Assembly: GCA_016699105.1 (NCBI GenBank)
Contig: CP064960.1
Coordinates: forward strand, 811,696 to 875,695
Reading direction: 5' to 3'
From: a bacterium
GTDB lineage: Bacteria; Patescibacteriota; Saccharimonadia; UBA4664
DNA: 64,000 nucleotides
A program made the position numbers and the translations under genes. Shown in pieces: positions 1 through 8,892 of this stretch (positions are counted from its first letter, which is position 1; every line of letters starts with the position of its first letter). Under the pieces are notes generated by a model. It was not told where the DNA came from, ran no database searches, and was given only the letters and a program-made list of their open reading frames with translations.

Positions 1-906
1 GATTTTGACGCCTGGTCCCATAGATGTGGTAGCCGTAACGGCCTTAATATACGTACCCTTGGCGGCTGAAGGTTTTGCTTTGAGAATAGCTCCTAAAAAG
101 GCATTGGCATTGTCGAGTAACTGCTCGGGCTTAAAACTTACTTTTCCGACAGCTTGATGTACGATAGCTTGTTTGTCGATACGGAACTCAACTTTTCCGG
201 CCTTAGCATCCTTGACGGCACCCGCGACGTCAGTAGTGACAGTGCCGGCTTTAGGATTTGGCATGAGACCACGTGGCCCCAAGATTTTGGCAACTTTACC
301 AAGTGTGGTCATGCCAGCTGGTGGAGCTATTAGTAAGTCAAAATTGAGCTTACCGGATTCGATATCCTTAAGTAGTTCGGTGGTACCAGCAATGTCGGCT
401 CCAGCATTCTTGGCGGCTTCAGCGTCTTTACCATCGACGTAGGCGGCTACGCGCAGCGTTTTGCCAGTTCCGTGTGGCAACGTGACAGTTGCGCGCACCA
501 TTTGGTCGGCCTGTCGGGGGTCAACACCAAGGTTAACATGCATCTCAACTGTCGAATCAAACTTTGTAGTGGCACTTCCAACAGCTAATTTGAGGGCTTC
601 GACTAGTTCATAAGTTTGATTGCGGTTAATTTTTTCGGCTGCAGAGCGATATTTCTTGCCGTGTTGGTGTAAGGGATTCGGCATTTGGCGGCGAGGCGCC
701 TTCGGGGCATCATCATCGCTGGCAATACGCTCTGCTTTGGCGATTTGGCGAGCTTCTTCAGCTTCGGCTTCGCGTAAAGCTTTGGCGCTGTGCTTGCCGG
801 CTTTGGTTATGTGTTCGTCGATGGCGTTAGATTTTGTCTCAGGCTCGACTGGGGTTTCAATGGTTGTCAATTTCTGGTCCTCAGATTGATTGGTAGATTT
901 TGCCAT
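1..906 (-). CDS. rplA: 50S ribosomal protein L1, C-terminus beyond the window edge; carries a ~75-aa acidic/Ala-rich insertion after the N-terminal MAK
   Basis: My minus-strand translation from ATG 904-906 gives MAKSTNQ...HGKKYRSAAEKINRNQTYELVEALKLAV...GPRGLMPNPKAGTV...; the L1 core is clearly recognisable. Start overlaps the rplK stop; GAGGTGG RBS upstream. Absent from the ORF track because it has no stop inside the window. Confidence 0.85.
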   Translation of the reverse strand, partial: MAKSTNQSEDQKLTTIETPVEPETKSNAIDEHITKAGKHSAKALREAEAEEARQIAKAERIASDDDAPKAPRRQMPNPLHQHGKKYRSAAEKINRNQTYELVEALKLAVGSATTKFDSTVEMHVNLGVDPRQADQMVRATVTLPHGTGKTLRVAAYVDGKDAEAAKNAGADIAGTTELLKDIESGKLNFDLLIAPPAGMTTLGKVAKILGPRGLMPNPKAGTVTTDVAGAVKDAKAGKVEFRIDKQAIVHQAVGKVSFKPEQLLDNANAFLGAILKAKPSAAKGTYIKAVTATTSMGPGVKI

Positions 907-907
907 G

Positions 908-1342
908 TTAGTTGACCACCTCAATGCCCATAGAGCGAGCCTGTCCTGCGACAATCCTTTCGGCAGCCGCAAGATCGTGGGCATTCGTATCGGCCATTTT
1001 CTTTTCGGCTAAGGTTTTGACTTGTTCTCGAGTAATTTTGGCAACTTTGGTTTTATTAGGTACTCCCGAGCCCTTGTCAATGCCTGCCATTTTGCGCAAG
1101 CTGTTAGCCATAGTTTCACCTTTGTATGTGAACGTAAAAGTCCGATCCTCGTAGATAGTTACTTTAATTGAAAGTAATTGATCGCCTAGATCACGAGTCT
1201 GGTCATTAAAGGCATTGATGAAGTCCATCATATTTACGCCGTGGGCACCCAGAGTAGAACCAACGGGTGGTGCTGGTGTGGCTTTTCCGCCGTTGAGGCG
1301 GAATTTAATAATACCTTTGACGGGTTTTTTGATTTGAGCCAT
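908..1342 (-). CDS. rplK: 50S ribosomal protein L11
   Basis: 144-aa product MAQIKKPVKGIIKFRLNGGKATPAPPVGSTLGAHGVNMMDFINAFN... is canonical L11; sits in the conserved secE-nusG-rplK-rplA order. Confidence 0.95.
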   Translation of the reverse strand: MAQIKKPVKGIIKFRLNGGKATPAPPVGSTLGAHGVNMMDFINAFNDQTRDLGDQLLSIKVTIYEDRTFTFTYKGETMANSLRKMAGIDKGSGVPNKTKVAKITREQVKTLAEKKMADTNAHDLAAAERIVAGQARSMGIEVVN

Positions 1343-1454
1343 ATAGTTCTCCTAGTGGTTCAGACGGCTTGTGACACACCTCTAGCCTCCCACTTGATTA
1401 AGTTGTCTGCAGTGAATAGTAGCAGATGGTATCAATTTTGCCAAGAGTATTATA

Positions 1455-1700
1455 TTGTGTTATAGTTTGAGCTTCCAGCGTATCCTGAGAGAGGAAGAAG
1501 CCATGTGGTGGTTGCTTGCTGGCGCAGTATGGATTTTGATTGGCATTCTTGTTGTGACGCTCGAACGCCATGACGACATCTACTATTCGTTTGCCTGGAA
1601 AGCTGGTGGCGCTGTTGTGGCCATAATTGGTTCGGTGGTCATCGTTGTGGCCATGGCTCATGGCGACCGGTGGACTGAGTTTGGTAATTTGCTCAGGTAG
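1455..1700 (+). CDS. small two-TM membrane protein (hypothetical); likely true start ATG 1504 after GAGAGGAAG
   Basis: ORF with two hydrophobic helices (WWLLAGAVWILIGILVV, AVVAIIGSVVIVVAMA); convergent with nusG and followed by a strong hairpin terminator. Confidence 0.35.
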   Translation: MCYSLSFQRILREEEAMWWLLAGAVWILIGILVVTLERHDDIYYSFAWKAGGAVVAIIGSVVIVVAMAHGDRWTEFGNLLR

Positions 1701-1720
1701 CACGAGCTGTCGAATTATAA

Positions 1721-1752
1721 TAGCCCGGCTTAGAGTGATCTAAGCCGGGCTA
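1721..1752. terminator. perfect 14-bp stem/4-nt loop hairpin between convergent genes (bidirectional terminator candidate)
   Basis: tagcccggcttaga-gtga-tctaagccgggcta; lies between the stop of the + small ORF (1700) and the stop of nusG (1774). Confidence 0.6.
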
Positions 1753-1773
1753 CTGATTTGTACGGCGCTGGCT

Positions 1774-2316
1774 TTAAATCTTTTTAACCTGTAAACTATC
1801 GAGTTCAACGGGAGTCTCGCGACCAAACATGTTGACTAATACTTTGATCTTACCTTTATTTTCATCAATTTCATTTACCATGCCATCAAAGCCCTTGAAT
1901 GGGCCATCAGTAATGTTGACGGCTTCACCAATTGAAAAATCGATTTTGAATTTGGGCTCTTCAACCCCCATGCGCTTCTGGATGTGTCGGACTTCATCTT
2001 CTGAGATTGGAGTTGGTGTGGTGCCCGAACCTACAAAGCCAGTGACATTGGGGGTGTTACGAACGACAAACCAGGAATCTTCAGTGACTTCCATTTGGAC
2101 TAAGACGTAACCCGGGAAGATGCGGCGTTCAACGATACGGCGGCGGCCGTTCTTGATTTCGATCTGGTTTTCTTTGGGTACAATTACGTCAAAAATCTTG
2201 TCTGCCATGTGCATGGTTTCGATACGTTGGCGTAAGTTTTCGGCGACGCGGTCTTCATAACCCGAATAGGTATGGATAACGAACCAGCGTTTGTGAGAGG
2301 AATCGGCTTTGGTCAT
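1774..2316 (-). CDS. nusG: transcription termination/antitermination factor NusG
   Basis: 180 aa, KRWFVIHTYSGYEDRV... NGN domain and C-terminal KOW (GPFKGFDGMV...VLVNMFGRETPVEL). Confidence 0.95.
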   Translation of the reverse strand: MTKADSSHKRWFVIHTYSGYEDRVAENLRQRIETMHMADKIFDVIVPKENQIEIKNGRRRIVERRIFPGYVLVQMEVTEDSWFVVRNTPNVTGFVGSGTTPTPISEDEVRHIQKRMGVEEPKFKIDFSIGEAVNITDGPFKGFDGMVNEIDENKGKIKVLVNMFGRETPVELDSLQVKKI

Positions 2317-2341
2317 GATAATAAGTCCTTAAATACGTTAA

Positions 2342-2542
2342 TTATGATTTGAGAATGAGAGTTTTAACTAGATATTGGAAACCAAAGTCAACCGCGCCCA
2401 GGAATACGGCCATTACCAGTGAAAATATGATAACGGCAATTGTCAGCTTGACGGTTTGACGGCGATTAGGCCAGGTAACTTTGGCAAGTTCACCACGTGA
2501 GGCTGCAAAATATGAACCCAAAGTATTCAAAGGGTTGGTCAT
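2342..2542 (-). CDS. secE: preprotein translocase subunit SecE
   Basis: 66 aa with a single C-terminal TM, ...ELAKVTWPNRRQTVKLTIAVIIFSLVMAVFLGAVDFGF..., immediately upstream of nusG. Confidence 0.85.
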   Translation of the reverse strand: MTNPLNTLGSYFAASRGELAKVTWPNRRQTVKLTIAVIIFSLVMAVFLGAVDFGFQYLVKTLILKS

Positions 2543-2560
2543 GTGAAAAATCCCGAATTT

Positions 2561-2585
2561 AAAAAAAGAAGCCTTTTAGCGGCTT
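2561..2585 (-). terminator. rho-independent terminator on the minus strand (AAGCC-gctaaaa-GGCTT followed by CTTTTTTT)
   Basis: Minus strand reads GAAAGCCGCTAAAAGGCTTCTTTTTTTAAATT, downstream of the 2622..4211 gene and upstream of secE. Confidence 0.45.
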
Positions 2586-2621
2586 TCATGTCAATATCTT
2601 GCCTCAAACTAGCCCTGTTTG

Positions 2622-4211
2622 TCAACCCAATACGAGCGGTATGAGCAAGACTGATGCTAGCAAGAAACCACTGACTGCAGCCAAGATACCCAGATAGCGG
2701 CCGCGGGCGGGGCCAGGCACGCGTCCAGCCAAGAGTTCAAACTGGCGGGTTGGTTGATCAAGGATGACTATTTTGCGGTAAACACTAGCCCACCAAGCCG
2801 CCGAACCGGCACCCATCAAGCTACCGATGAGCCAAGTAATGATGCCAATTCCCAATGCCGCCAGACCATGCCAGATTGGTGGAAGGAACAGATACAAGCT
2901 GACTCCAGCTGCCAGTAAAGGCAAGACTACGAGCAACTCTACGATGCAAGACAAGAGCCGGATACCGATGAGTTCGAGCCGGTGCCGGAATAATTTCCAG
3001 CCGAGTTTATAGGCTTCAGCCGTCGAATCATTACTTAAGACGACAGCCACACTGGCTAAGCCGCGAGTCATGGCTGCAGCTGACATCAGATACAGTAGCA
3101 CTAAAAAGGCGCCATAAAGTACGGTTACTTGCACGACTGAAGGTACTGGCCACCGAGTACCGCCGGTGAGCACCAATGCAGCAATGGCACACAACAGTGC
3201 GATTTGAGTAAGTCCATAGAGGCTATCTAGTCGCAGTCGGCGCGTAAAACTATTGATGGCAGCTCCCAGTTGCATGCTCAAACTAATAGGCCGATGGTCG
3301 GCTTCACGGGCGACACCATACACAATGGCCGAATGACCTATAGTGTGACCAATGTAATAGAGTTTGATCAGGGCAATAGCTTCGACGAGCGCTATTAACC
3401 AGTGATTGGCCAATACAGTCATGACCGCGGCGGGGCTGGTCGTAAGTAAATACCAGGCTCCAATGCCTGCCATCACACCGGCTAAGAGCGCCGATCCCAT
3501 AGCCAACATGAGATGGTGGCGTTTGGCTTGAGCACGCAGACTAAAGGTAATAATCGATCCAAAATGGAGGGGGGCAACGCCGACTTTGTGGACATGATGG
3601 GCGGGAGCTGGTTTTTTTTCGGGAGTTGATTCAGGTTTGGGGGTGCGAGGCCTTATATCGGAAACATGTCGTTTGATCGGTGAAGACTCAGGTGCCATTA
3701 TTGGCGGTTTGTCGGCTGGAACTGGCGCTGGAGTGGTGTGAGTGATGCGCGGCGAGTCTAGGCGGCCAGCTTTGGGACGGCCGGGTTTGCGTTTGCGCAG
3801 TTTGGCGGCCGCTGGTTGATCCGCTTCAGTAGCGGCGGTTGAATTTGCCGCATCGGTAGCAAGATCCGATACGGTCCGGCTCGTCTGATGGTTCGTGATA
3901 ATGGCCTGAGATAGGTCAAGGACATTGGCCTTGGTGGCAGGTACTGGAGGTGTACTACTCGTTGGCGTTGGTTCGACGGTTGCATTACTCGAATCAACTT
4001 CATTGTCATCTGGTTCGATAATCTTTACTCCGGCCGGTAAATCGCTGGAAATGGTTTTGGGTAATTTAGCGGATTTTACGGTTTTGACGGCTTTGACTTT
4101 GGATTTGGCGGCACTGTTGGGACTGACCATCTGACCACAATTAATACAAAAGAGTTGATCCTGGATAGTTATGATGTCTTTTGATTTACAGTTAGAGCAA
4201 ACCATTACCAC
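2622..4211 (-). CDS. zinc-ribbon (CxxC...CxxC) N-terminus, Pro/Thr-rich linker, then C-terminal polytopic membrane domain; function unknown
   Basis: MVMVCSNCKSKDIITIQDQLFCINCGQMV zinc ribbon; ~200-aa low-complexity P/T/K linker; at least 8 hydrophobic helices in the C-terminal half. Stop is TGA. Confidence 0.55.
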   Translation of the reverse strand: MVMVCSNCKSKDIITIQDQLFCINCGQMVSPNSAAKSKVKAVKTVKSAKLPKTISSDLPAGVKIIEPDDNEVDSSNATVEPTPTSSTPPVPATKANVLDLSQAIITNHQTSRTVSDLATDAANSTAATEADQPAAAKLRKRKPGRPKAGRLDSPRITHTTPAPVPADKPPIMAPESSPIKRHVSDIRPRTPKPESTPEKKPAPAHHVHKVGVAPLHFGSIITFSLRAQAKRHHLMLAMGSALLAGVMAGIGAWYLLTTSPAAVMTVLANHWLIALVEAIALIKLYYIGHTIGHSAIVYGVAREADHRPISLSMQLGAAINSFTRRLRLDSLYGLTQIALLCAIAALVLTGGTRWPVPSVVQVTVLYGAFLVLLYLMSAAAMTRGLASVAVVLSNDSTAEAYKLGWKLFRHRLELIGIRLLSCIVELLVVLPLLAAGVSLYLFLPPIWHGLAALGIGIITWLIGSLMGAGSAAWWASVYRKIVILDQPTRQFELLAGRVPGPARGRYLGILAAVSGFLLASVLLIPLVLG

Positions 4212-4238
4212 TATTTAAGCATAAGCAGTGCCATTAAC

Positions 4239-4634
4239 TCAATCGGATCGCTGGTTTCGGCGCAGTCGGATGGCTAAGAGGCCGAAGCAACTGGCAATGA
4301 GTATTACGAGCCCGGACGCAATTTGGGGCCAGTAACTGCGCCAACCGATAGTTGGTGCAGTGGAAGTACCACCGATTTCACCTTCGAGCACTGTCAGCTG
4401 GTCAGTTGATACTTGCAATGTATTGGTGCCGGCTGGCTGCAATAATTGACTGGCCCCATTTTGAGGATTTGATTGAGACGTGCCAGGATCAGCGTTGGTT
4501 TGAATACTCTGGGTGGATTGGAGATCTTGGTTGGCCAGCGAGACTGTCGGTAGTAAGCTCAAGCTCAAGAAAAATACGTAGGTTGAAAGTCGATAGGTTA
4601 AGCGCATTGCCTCATTGTACGGTACTGATCGCAA
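4239..4634 (-). CDS. small secreted protein with signal peptide and C-terminal TM anchor plus basic tail (hypothetical)
   Basis: N-terminal hydrophobic leader, Q/T/S-rich middle, C-terminal ...IASGLVILIASCFGLLAIRLRRNQRSD. Abuts the typA stop. Confidence 0.4.
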   Translation of the reverse strand: MRSVPYNEAMRLTYRLSTYVFFLSLSLLPTVSLANQDLQSTQSIQTNADPGTSQSNPQNGASQLLQPAGTNTLQVSTDQLTVLEGEIGGTSTAPTIGWRSYWPQIASGLVILIASCFGLLAIRLRRNQRSD

Positions 4635-6464
4635 TTACGCACGATGGCGGCGGCGTTCGTGTTCGAGGAGATAACGCTTGCGCATGCGCAGGTTGGCTGG
4701 TGTGACTTCGAGTAATTCGTCGTTTTCGATGAAATCGAGACATTCCTCGAGTGTCAATTGCGAGAATGGCGTCAACTGGGTTTTCATATCAGTTGCCGAT
4801 GCGCGGACGTTGGTCAGCTTCTTTTCTTTGGTGACATTGATTTCCATGTCGTCATTGCGGCGGTTGAGACCAATAATCATGCCAGCATACACTTTGGTTT
4901 GGGGACCAATGAAGGCAGTGCCTCGCTCTTCGACGGTTTCGAGAGCATAGGTAGTAGCGGCACCTGTTTCGGCTGAAATGAGTACGCCGTTGCGCAATTG
5001 TGACAATTCCGGCTGCTTGGCTTCATAACCTTCCAGTAAACTTGCACTGATGGCTGTGCCTTTGGTGGTGGTCAACAAAATATTGCGCAAGCCCAGCATG
5101 GCGCGGGTGGGCAGCTTATAAATGAGTCTAATAGTAGCCTTGGTGGTCGGTTCCATAGTTTTGAGTTCGGCGCGACGGCGACCGAGTTCACTGGTGACAG
5201 CACCAACATGCTCTTCGGGTACTTCGATGGTGAGCTCTTCGACTGGTTCAAGTGTTTGCCCGGATTCGTCAATCTTGGTAACCACTTGCGGACGGCCAAC
5301 TTCGAGCTCGAAGCCTTCGCGACGCAGGGTTTCGATAAGTACGCTCAAATGCAATTCACCCCGTCCAGCTACCAGGAAATTAGTGCCGCGGTCTTGGACG
5401 CGTAAGCCGACGTTAGTTTCAAGTTCGCGCTCGAGACGCTCACCAATCTGGCGACTGGTGGTGTACTTGCCTTCCCGACCGGCAAAGGGGCTAGTGTTGG
5501 GACCAATTTGAATTTCGAGTGTGGGGGCTTCGATTTCCATGACAGGCAGAGCTTCGGGAGTATCTTGAGCCGTGAGACTGCCACCGATGTTGGCAGCACC
5601 AATACCGGTCACCCAGACGATATCGCCAGCGATGGCTTGCGTAACTTCGATTTTGTCGAGGCCTTGAGCTAGGAATAGCTTGTCGGCTTTGGCGTTGGAA
5701 ACAGTGCCATCACGGTGTATGTAGGCTAGGGCTTGGCCAGCCTGCAGGCTGCCGCGTTGAATCCGGCCGACGGCGTACTTACCCTGGTAAGTATCCCAAG
5801 TAAGTGATGTCACCAGCATCTGGAATGGGCCTTCGGGCTGGACCCGGGGTGAGGGAATGTCATTGATGATGGCGTCAAATATGGCCGATAAGTCAGCCGG
5901 GGCATCGATTTCGGCACTGGTGGGCAAATGATCCCAACTTTTACCATCGCGACCAATACAGTAGTACACCGGGAATTCGAGCTGATCATCAGATACGGCC
6001 AGATCAAGGAAGAGATGTTCAATTTCGGCGACCACTTCTTGGGCGCGCTGATCGCGCTTATCGATTTTATTGACCACCACCACCGGTTTGAGTCCTAAAT
6101 GAAGCGCACGGGTTAAGACAAACTTTGTCTGGGGCATCGGACCTTCTTGAGCGTCGACAATGAGCAAGCAACCATCGGCTAGATTGAGCGTTCGTTCGAC
6201 CTCACCCGAAAAATCAGCGTGTCCCGGTGTATCGATGATGTTGATTTTGTAGCCATTATGATTGATAGCTATAGTTTTGGCGGAAATCGTGATACCTCGT
6301 TCCCGCTCCAGGTCACCGGTGTCGAGAATGGCAGTTTGGAGCATTTCGGCTTGGTTATCGCGGAAGGTATGGGACTGCTTGAGTAACCCGTCGACAAGAG
6401 TGGTTTTACCATGGTCGACGTGGGCAATAATGGCGACATTGCGGATGTGATTGGTGGTGTTCAT
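4635..6464 (-). CDS. typA: translational GTPase TypA/BipA
   Basis: 609 aa; AIIAHVDHGKTTLVDGLLKQSHTF... G-domain, DTPGHADF, NKIDK; length and motifs match BipA rather than LepA or EF-G. Confidence 0.95.
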   Translation of the reverse strand: MNTTNHIRNVAIIAHVDHGKTTLVDGLLKQSHTFRDNQAEMLQTAILDTGDLERERGITISAKTIAINHNGYKINIIDTPGHADFSGEVERTLNLADGCLLIVDAQEGPMPQTKFVLTRALHLGLKPVVVVNKIDKRDQRAQEVVAEIEHLFLDLAVSDDQLEFPVYYCIGRDGKSWDHLPTSAEIDAPADLSAIFDAIINDIPSPRVQPEGPFQMLVTSLTWDTYQGKYAVGRIQRGSLQAGQALAYIHRDGTVSNAKADKLFLAQGLDKIEVTQAIAGDIVWVTGIGAANIGGSLTAQDTPEALPVMEIEAPTLEIQIGPNTSPFAGREGKYTTSRQIGERLERELETNVGLRVQDRGTNFLVAGRGELHLSVLIETLRREGFELEVGRPQVVTKIDESGQTLEPVEELTIEVPEEHVGAVTSELGRRRAELKTMEPTTKATIRLIYKLPTRAMLGLRNILLTTTKGTAISASLLEGYEAKQPELSQLRNGVLISAETGAATTYALETVEERGTAFIGPQTKVYAGMIIGLNRRNDDMEINVTKEKKLTNVRASATDMKTQLTPFSQLTLEECLDFIENDELLEVTPANLRMRKRYLLEHERRRHRA

Positions 6465-6519
6465 AGGTTTCTCGTCAAAATGAAGCGCCCCGGCAATAGA
6501 GGAGACGCCGCGGCGTTAT

Positions 6520-6790
6520 TTATTACGCCTACTATTTTACCATCAGAAGATATGAGTGTCTACTCTATTGAAAGGCTGATAATTGTCAGTGCGGGCCAGG
6601 GCGTGATATAAGAATGCTATGGCATTGATGCGGAACCCGTGACACCCGCTGAGCCGTATGTCGGATCACCGCCGAAATGGTGAATAAATAGACCGGACTT
6701 TCCGGTAAAGCAAGGTTGGCACCACGACACTCGTTCGTCCTTGTAGTCTCTTATCCTGCTATGGGGTAAAACTACGAGGGCATTTTTAGT
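6520..6790 (+). promoter_or_regulatory. candidate T-box riboswitch leader of aspS (specifier-loop GAC, T-box-like AAGGUUGGCACCACGA, terminator hairpin plus U-run)
   Basis: 11/14 match to the AGGGUGGNACCGCG T-box core at 6712-6727 (UGGC would pair with a GCCA 3' end). An 11-bp stem hairpin 6737-6781 is followed by ATTTTT, just before the aspS RBS. A GCGG/CCGC-stemmed loop at 6630-6649 carries GAC+A. Confidence 0.4.
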
Positions 6791-6804
6791 TAGAAAGGAT
6801 TGTT

Positions 6805-8115
6805 ATGAAACGAACGTATGTTAGTGAACTAACATATCATGCCGGCAAGACAGGATTGGTTCAAGGATGGCTTCATAAACGTCGCGACTTGGGTGGCATC
6901 GCATTTTTGGTGTTGCGTGACCGTTCAGGATTGGTTCAGGCCGTTGTCAAAGATGATGGTGAAAAAGCTAAGCTCGATGGATTGCAAAATGGCACAGTTC
7001 TTGAAATTACCGGTCAAATTGTAGCTGATGAGCGCGCTATGGGTGGTGTCGAGATTCATGAACCCAAACTAACCGTAGTGGTGCCTGTCACCGAAGTGCT
7101 ACCTATCGAAATCGACAAGCCAATCGATCACTTGAGTGAAAATTTTGATACCTTGTTTGAATATCGGGCTTTGAGTCTGCGCAATCCGCAGGAGCAACAG
7201 GTATTTCTGATCCGGGCAGCATTGTTACGTGAAATTCGCGCCTATCTGGATAAAGACAACTTCGTGGAAATTCAGACCCCCAAACTGGTGGCTGGAGCAG
7301 CCGAGGGTGGTGCTGAAGTCTTTCGAACCGATTATTTTGGCCAGGAAGCCACCTTGGCGCAAAGCCCACAGCTATACAAACAGATGATGGTCGGTGTGTT
7401 TGAGAAAGTCTTTGAAATTGGGCCGGCTTTCCGGGCTGAGCCCAGTGTGACAACCCGTCACATGAGTGAAGTGACCATGCTCGACATTGAAATGGGTTTT
7501 ATCGAAGATCACGACGACGTTTTGCAGGCGTTGGAAGCTATGGTGTATCACGTAGTGAAGACGGTGTATCAGCAATTTGGGCAGCAACTGACTGCGATGG
7601 GAGCACCGGAACTTGTTCTAAAACAACGTTTTCCCCGCTACAGCATGGCCAAAATTCATGAGCTGTATTCTGCAGCTACCGGCAAAGACACGACTGGAGA
7701 ATCAGATTTGCTACCCGAAGAAGAACGCTGGATTTGTGAGTATGCCAAGGAACACGACGGCTGCGAAGCAGTATTTGCGACGCAATTGCCGGTCAGCAAA
7801 ATGAAGTTTTACCATATGAAATCGGCTGATGGCCAGTCGGCAAAGAGTGCTGATTTATTGTTCCGGGGAGTCGAAATTGCGACCGCGCCCCAACGTGAGC
7901 ACCGGTATGATGTACTACTTGAACAAATGAAAGCCGCCGGTGTTGATCCGGCCGATCCCGGTTTTTCGTACTATCTGCAAGCGTTTCGGTTTGGATTGCC
8001 GGCCCATGGCGGCTGTGGCTTCGGTATCGATCGGTTAACGCAACTCGTGTGTGGGTTAGGTAACGTCAAAGAGGCTACCCTATTCCCACGTGACACCAAG
8101 CGCTTGACGCCCTAG
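6805..8115 (+). CDS. aspS: class IIb aspartyl-tRNA synthetase, archaeal/eukaryal-type (~436 aa, possibly non-discriminating); AsnRS not fully excluded
   Basis: N-terminal OB fold, motif 2 IGPAFRAEPS..RHMSE, QSPQLYKQ, motif 3 GGCGFGIDRL; short-form length typical of archaeal-type AspRS. Confidence 0.8.
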   Translation: MKRTYVSELTYHAGKTGLVQGWLHKRRDLGGIAFLVLRDRSGLVQAVVKDDGEKAKLDGLQNGTVLEITGQIVADERAMGGVEIHEPKLTVVVPVTEVLPIEIDKPIDHLSENFDTLFEYRALSLRNPQEQQVFLIRAALLREIRAYLDKDNFVEIQTPKLVAGAAEGGAEVFRTDYFGQEATLAQSPQLYKQMMVGVFEKVFEIGPAFRAEPSVTTRHMSEVTMLDIEMGFIEDHDDVLQALEAMVYHVVKTVYQQFGQQLTAMGAPELVLKQRFPRYSMAKIHELYSAATGKDTTGESDLLPEEERWICEYAKEHDGCEAVFATQLPVSKMKFYHMKSADGQSAKSADLLFRGVEIATAPQREHRYDVLLEQMKAAGVDPADPGFSYYLQAFRFGLPAHGGCGFGIDRLTQLVCGLGNVKEATLFPRDTKRLTP

Positions 8116-8126
8116 TGCATGCGTTT

Positions 8127-8855
8127 TTAGAAAACGTTGGTATGGAAGAGAACGCCGACGCCGTAGGTTGCACCCGCAGCCAGTATTAAGACTGCCAATT
8201 GGCGCAAGGCGGATCTGAGTAGCCGACCGTCAGTCTTGCTACCTAGATAGGCACCGATACCGAGGGCAGCTAGAGCTGACAGTCCAAGTGATGCCAGTGA
8301 GGCCGTGGAACCATTACTAAAGAACCATGGAATCAGCGGAATTATAGCTCCAAGCGAAAACATCACAAAAGACGAGCCGGCACTACCCCAGACACTGCCA
8401 AGTTCATCGGGGTTAATGCCGAGTTTACTCCGGGCATAGACAGACATTGCCTTGTCGGGGTCACGCGCGATTTCGACAGCGGCGTTGTGGGCTGTGCCGG
8501 GGGTGACGCCATCTTGTTGTAATATATCGGTCAGTTCAGAGTGGACGTTGTCGGGATGTTTGGTCAATTCGGCTCGTTCGTAGTCTAAAATGCTCGATAA
8601 TAGTTCGACCTGGCCCTTCATGGAAATGTATTCACCAACAGCCATCGAAAAAACTCCAGCTATGAAGCTGGCGAAACCGGCTAAGCGCACAAATTCGGGA
8701 GCGGCTCCGGCTCCGGCAACACCTAATATAAACGATACGTTGGTGACGAGTCCGTCGGAGATACCGAGGAGTGCGGCTCGCGCCGTACCGGAATTGGCGG
8801 TTTCGAGCTTGAGGTCGTGGGCAGATTTGAGATTGGTGGCTGCTTTCATGACCAC
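8127..8855 (-). CDS. VIT1/CCC1-family (DUF125) iron/manganese transporter
   Basis: ...ALLGISDGLVTNVSFILGVAGAGA... and a C-terminal TM cluster, the VIT-family signature. Confidence 0.65.
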   Translation of the reverse strand: MVMKAATNLKSAHDLKLETANSGTARAALLGISDGLVTNVSFILGVAGAGAAPEFVRLAGFASFIAGVFSMAVGEYISMKGQVELLSSILDYERAELTKHPDNVHSELTDILQQDGVTPGTAHNAAVEIARDPDKAMSVYARSKLGINPDELGSVWGSAGSSFVMFSLGAIIPLIPWFFSNGSTASLASLGLSALAALGIGAYLGSKTDGRLLRSALRQLAVLILAAGATYGVGVLFHTNVF

Positions 8856-8892
8856 ATTGTAGCAAAGTAAACCGGGTACATGTTAGGCTAGA

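Noticed and set aside
173-889. Plus-strand ORFs 173..442 and 620..889
   Set aside because: Antisense to the clearly recognisable rplA coding sequence; Ala/Ser-rich products typical of antisense translation of a GC-rich gene.
6465-6804. SRP (4.5S) RNA or other small RNA in the typA-aspS intergenic region, prompted by the ACCGGA-cttt-TCCGGT hairpin
   Set aside because: The hairpin lacks the SRP domain-IV GGAA/GNAR tetraloop context and the flanking conserved sequence. The region is better explained as a T-box leader.
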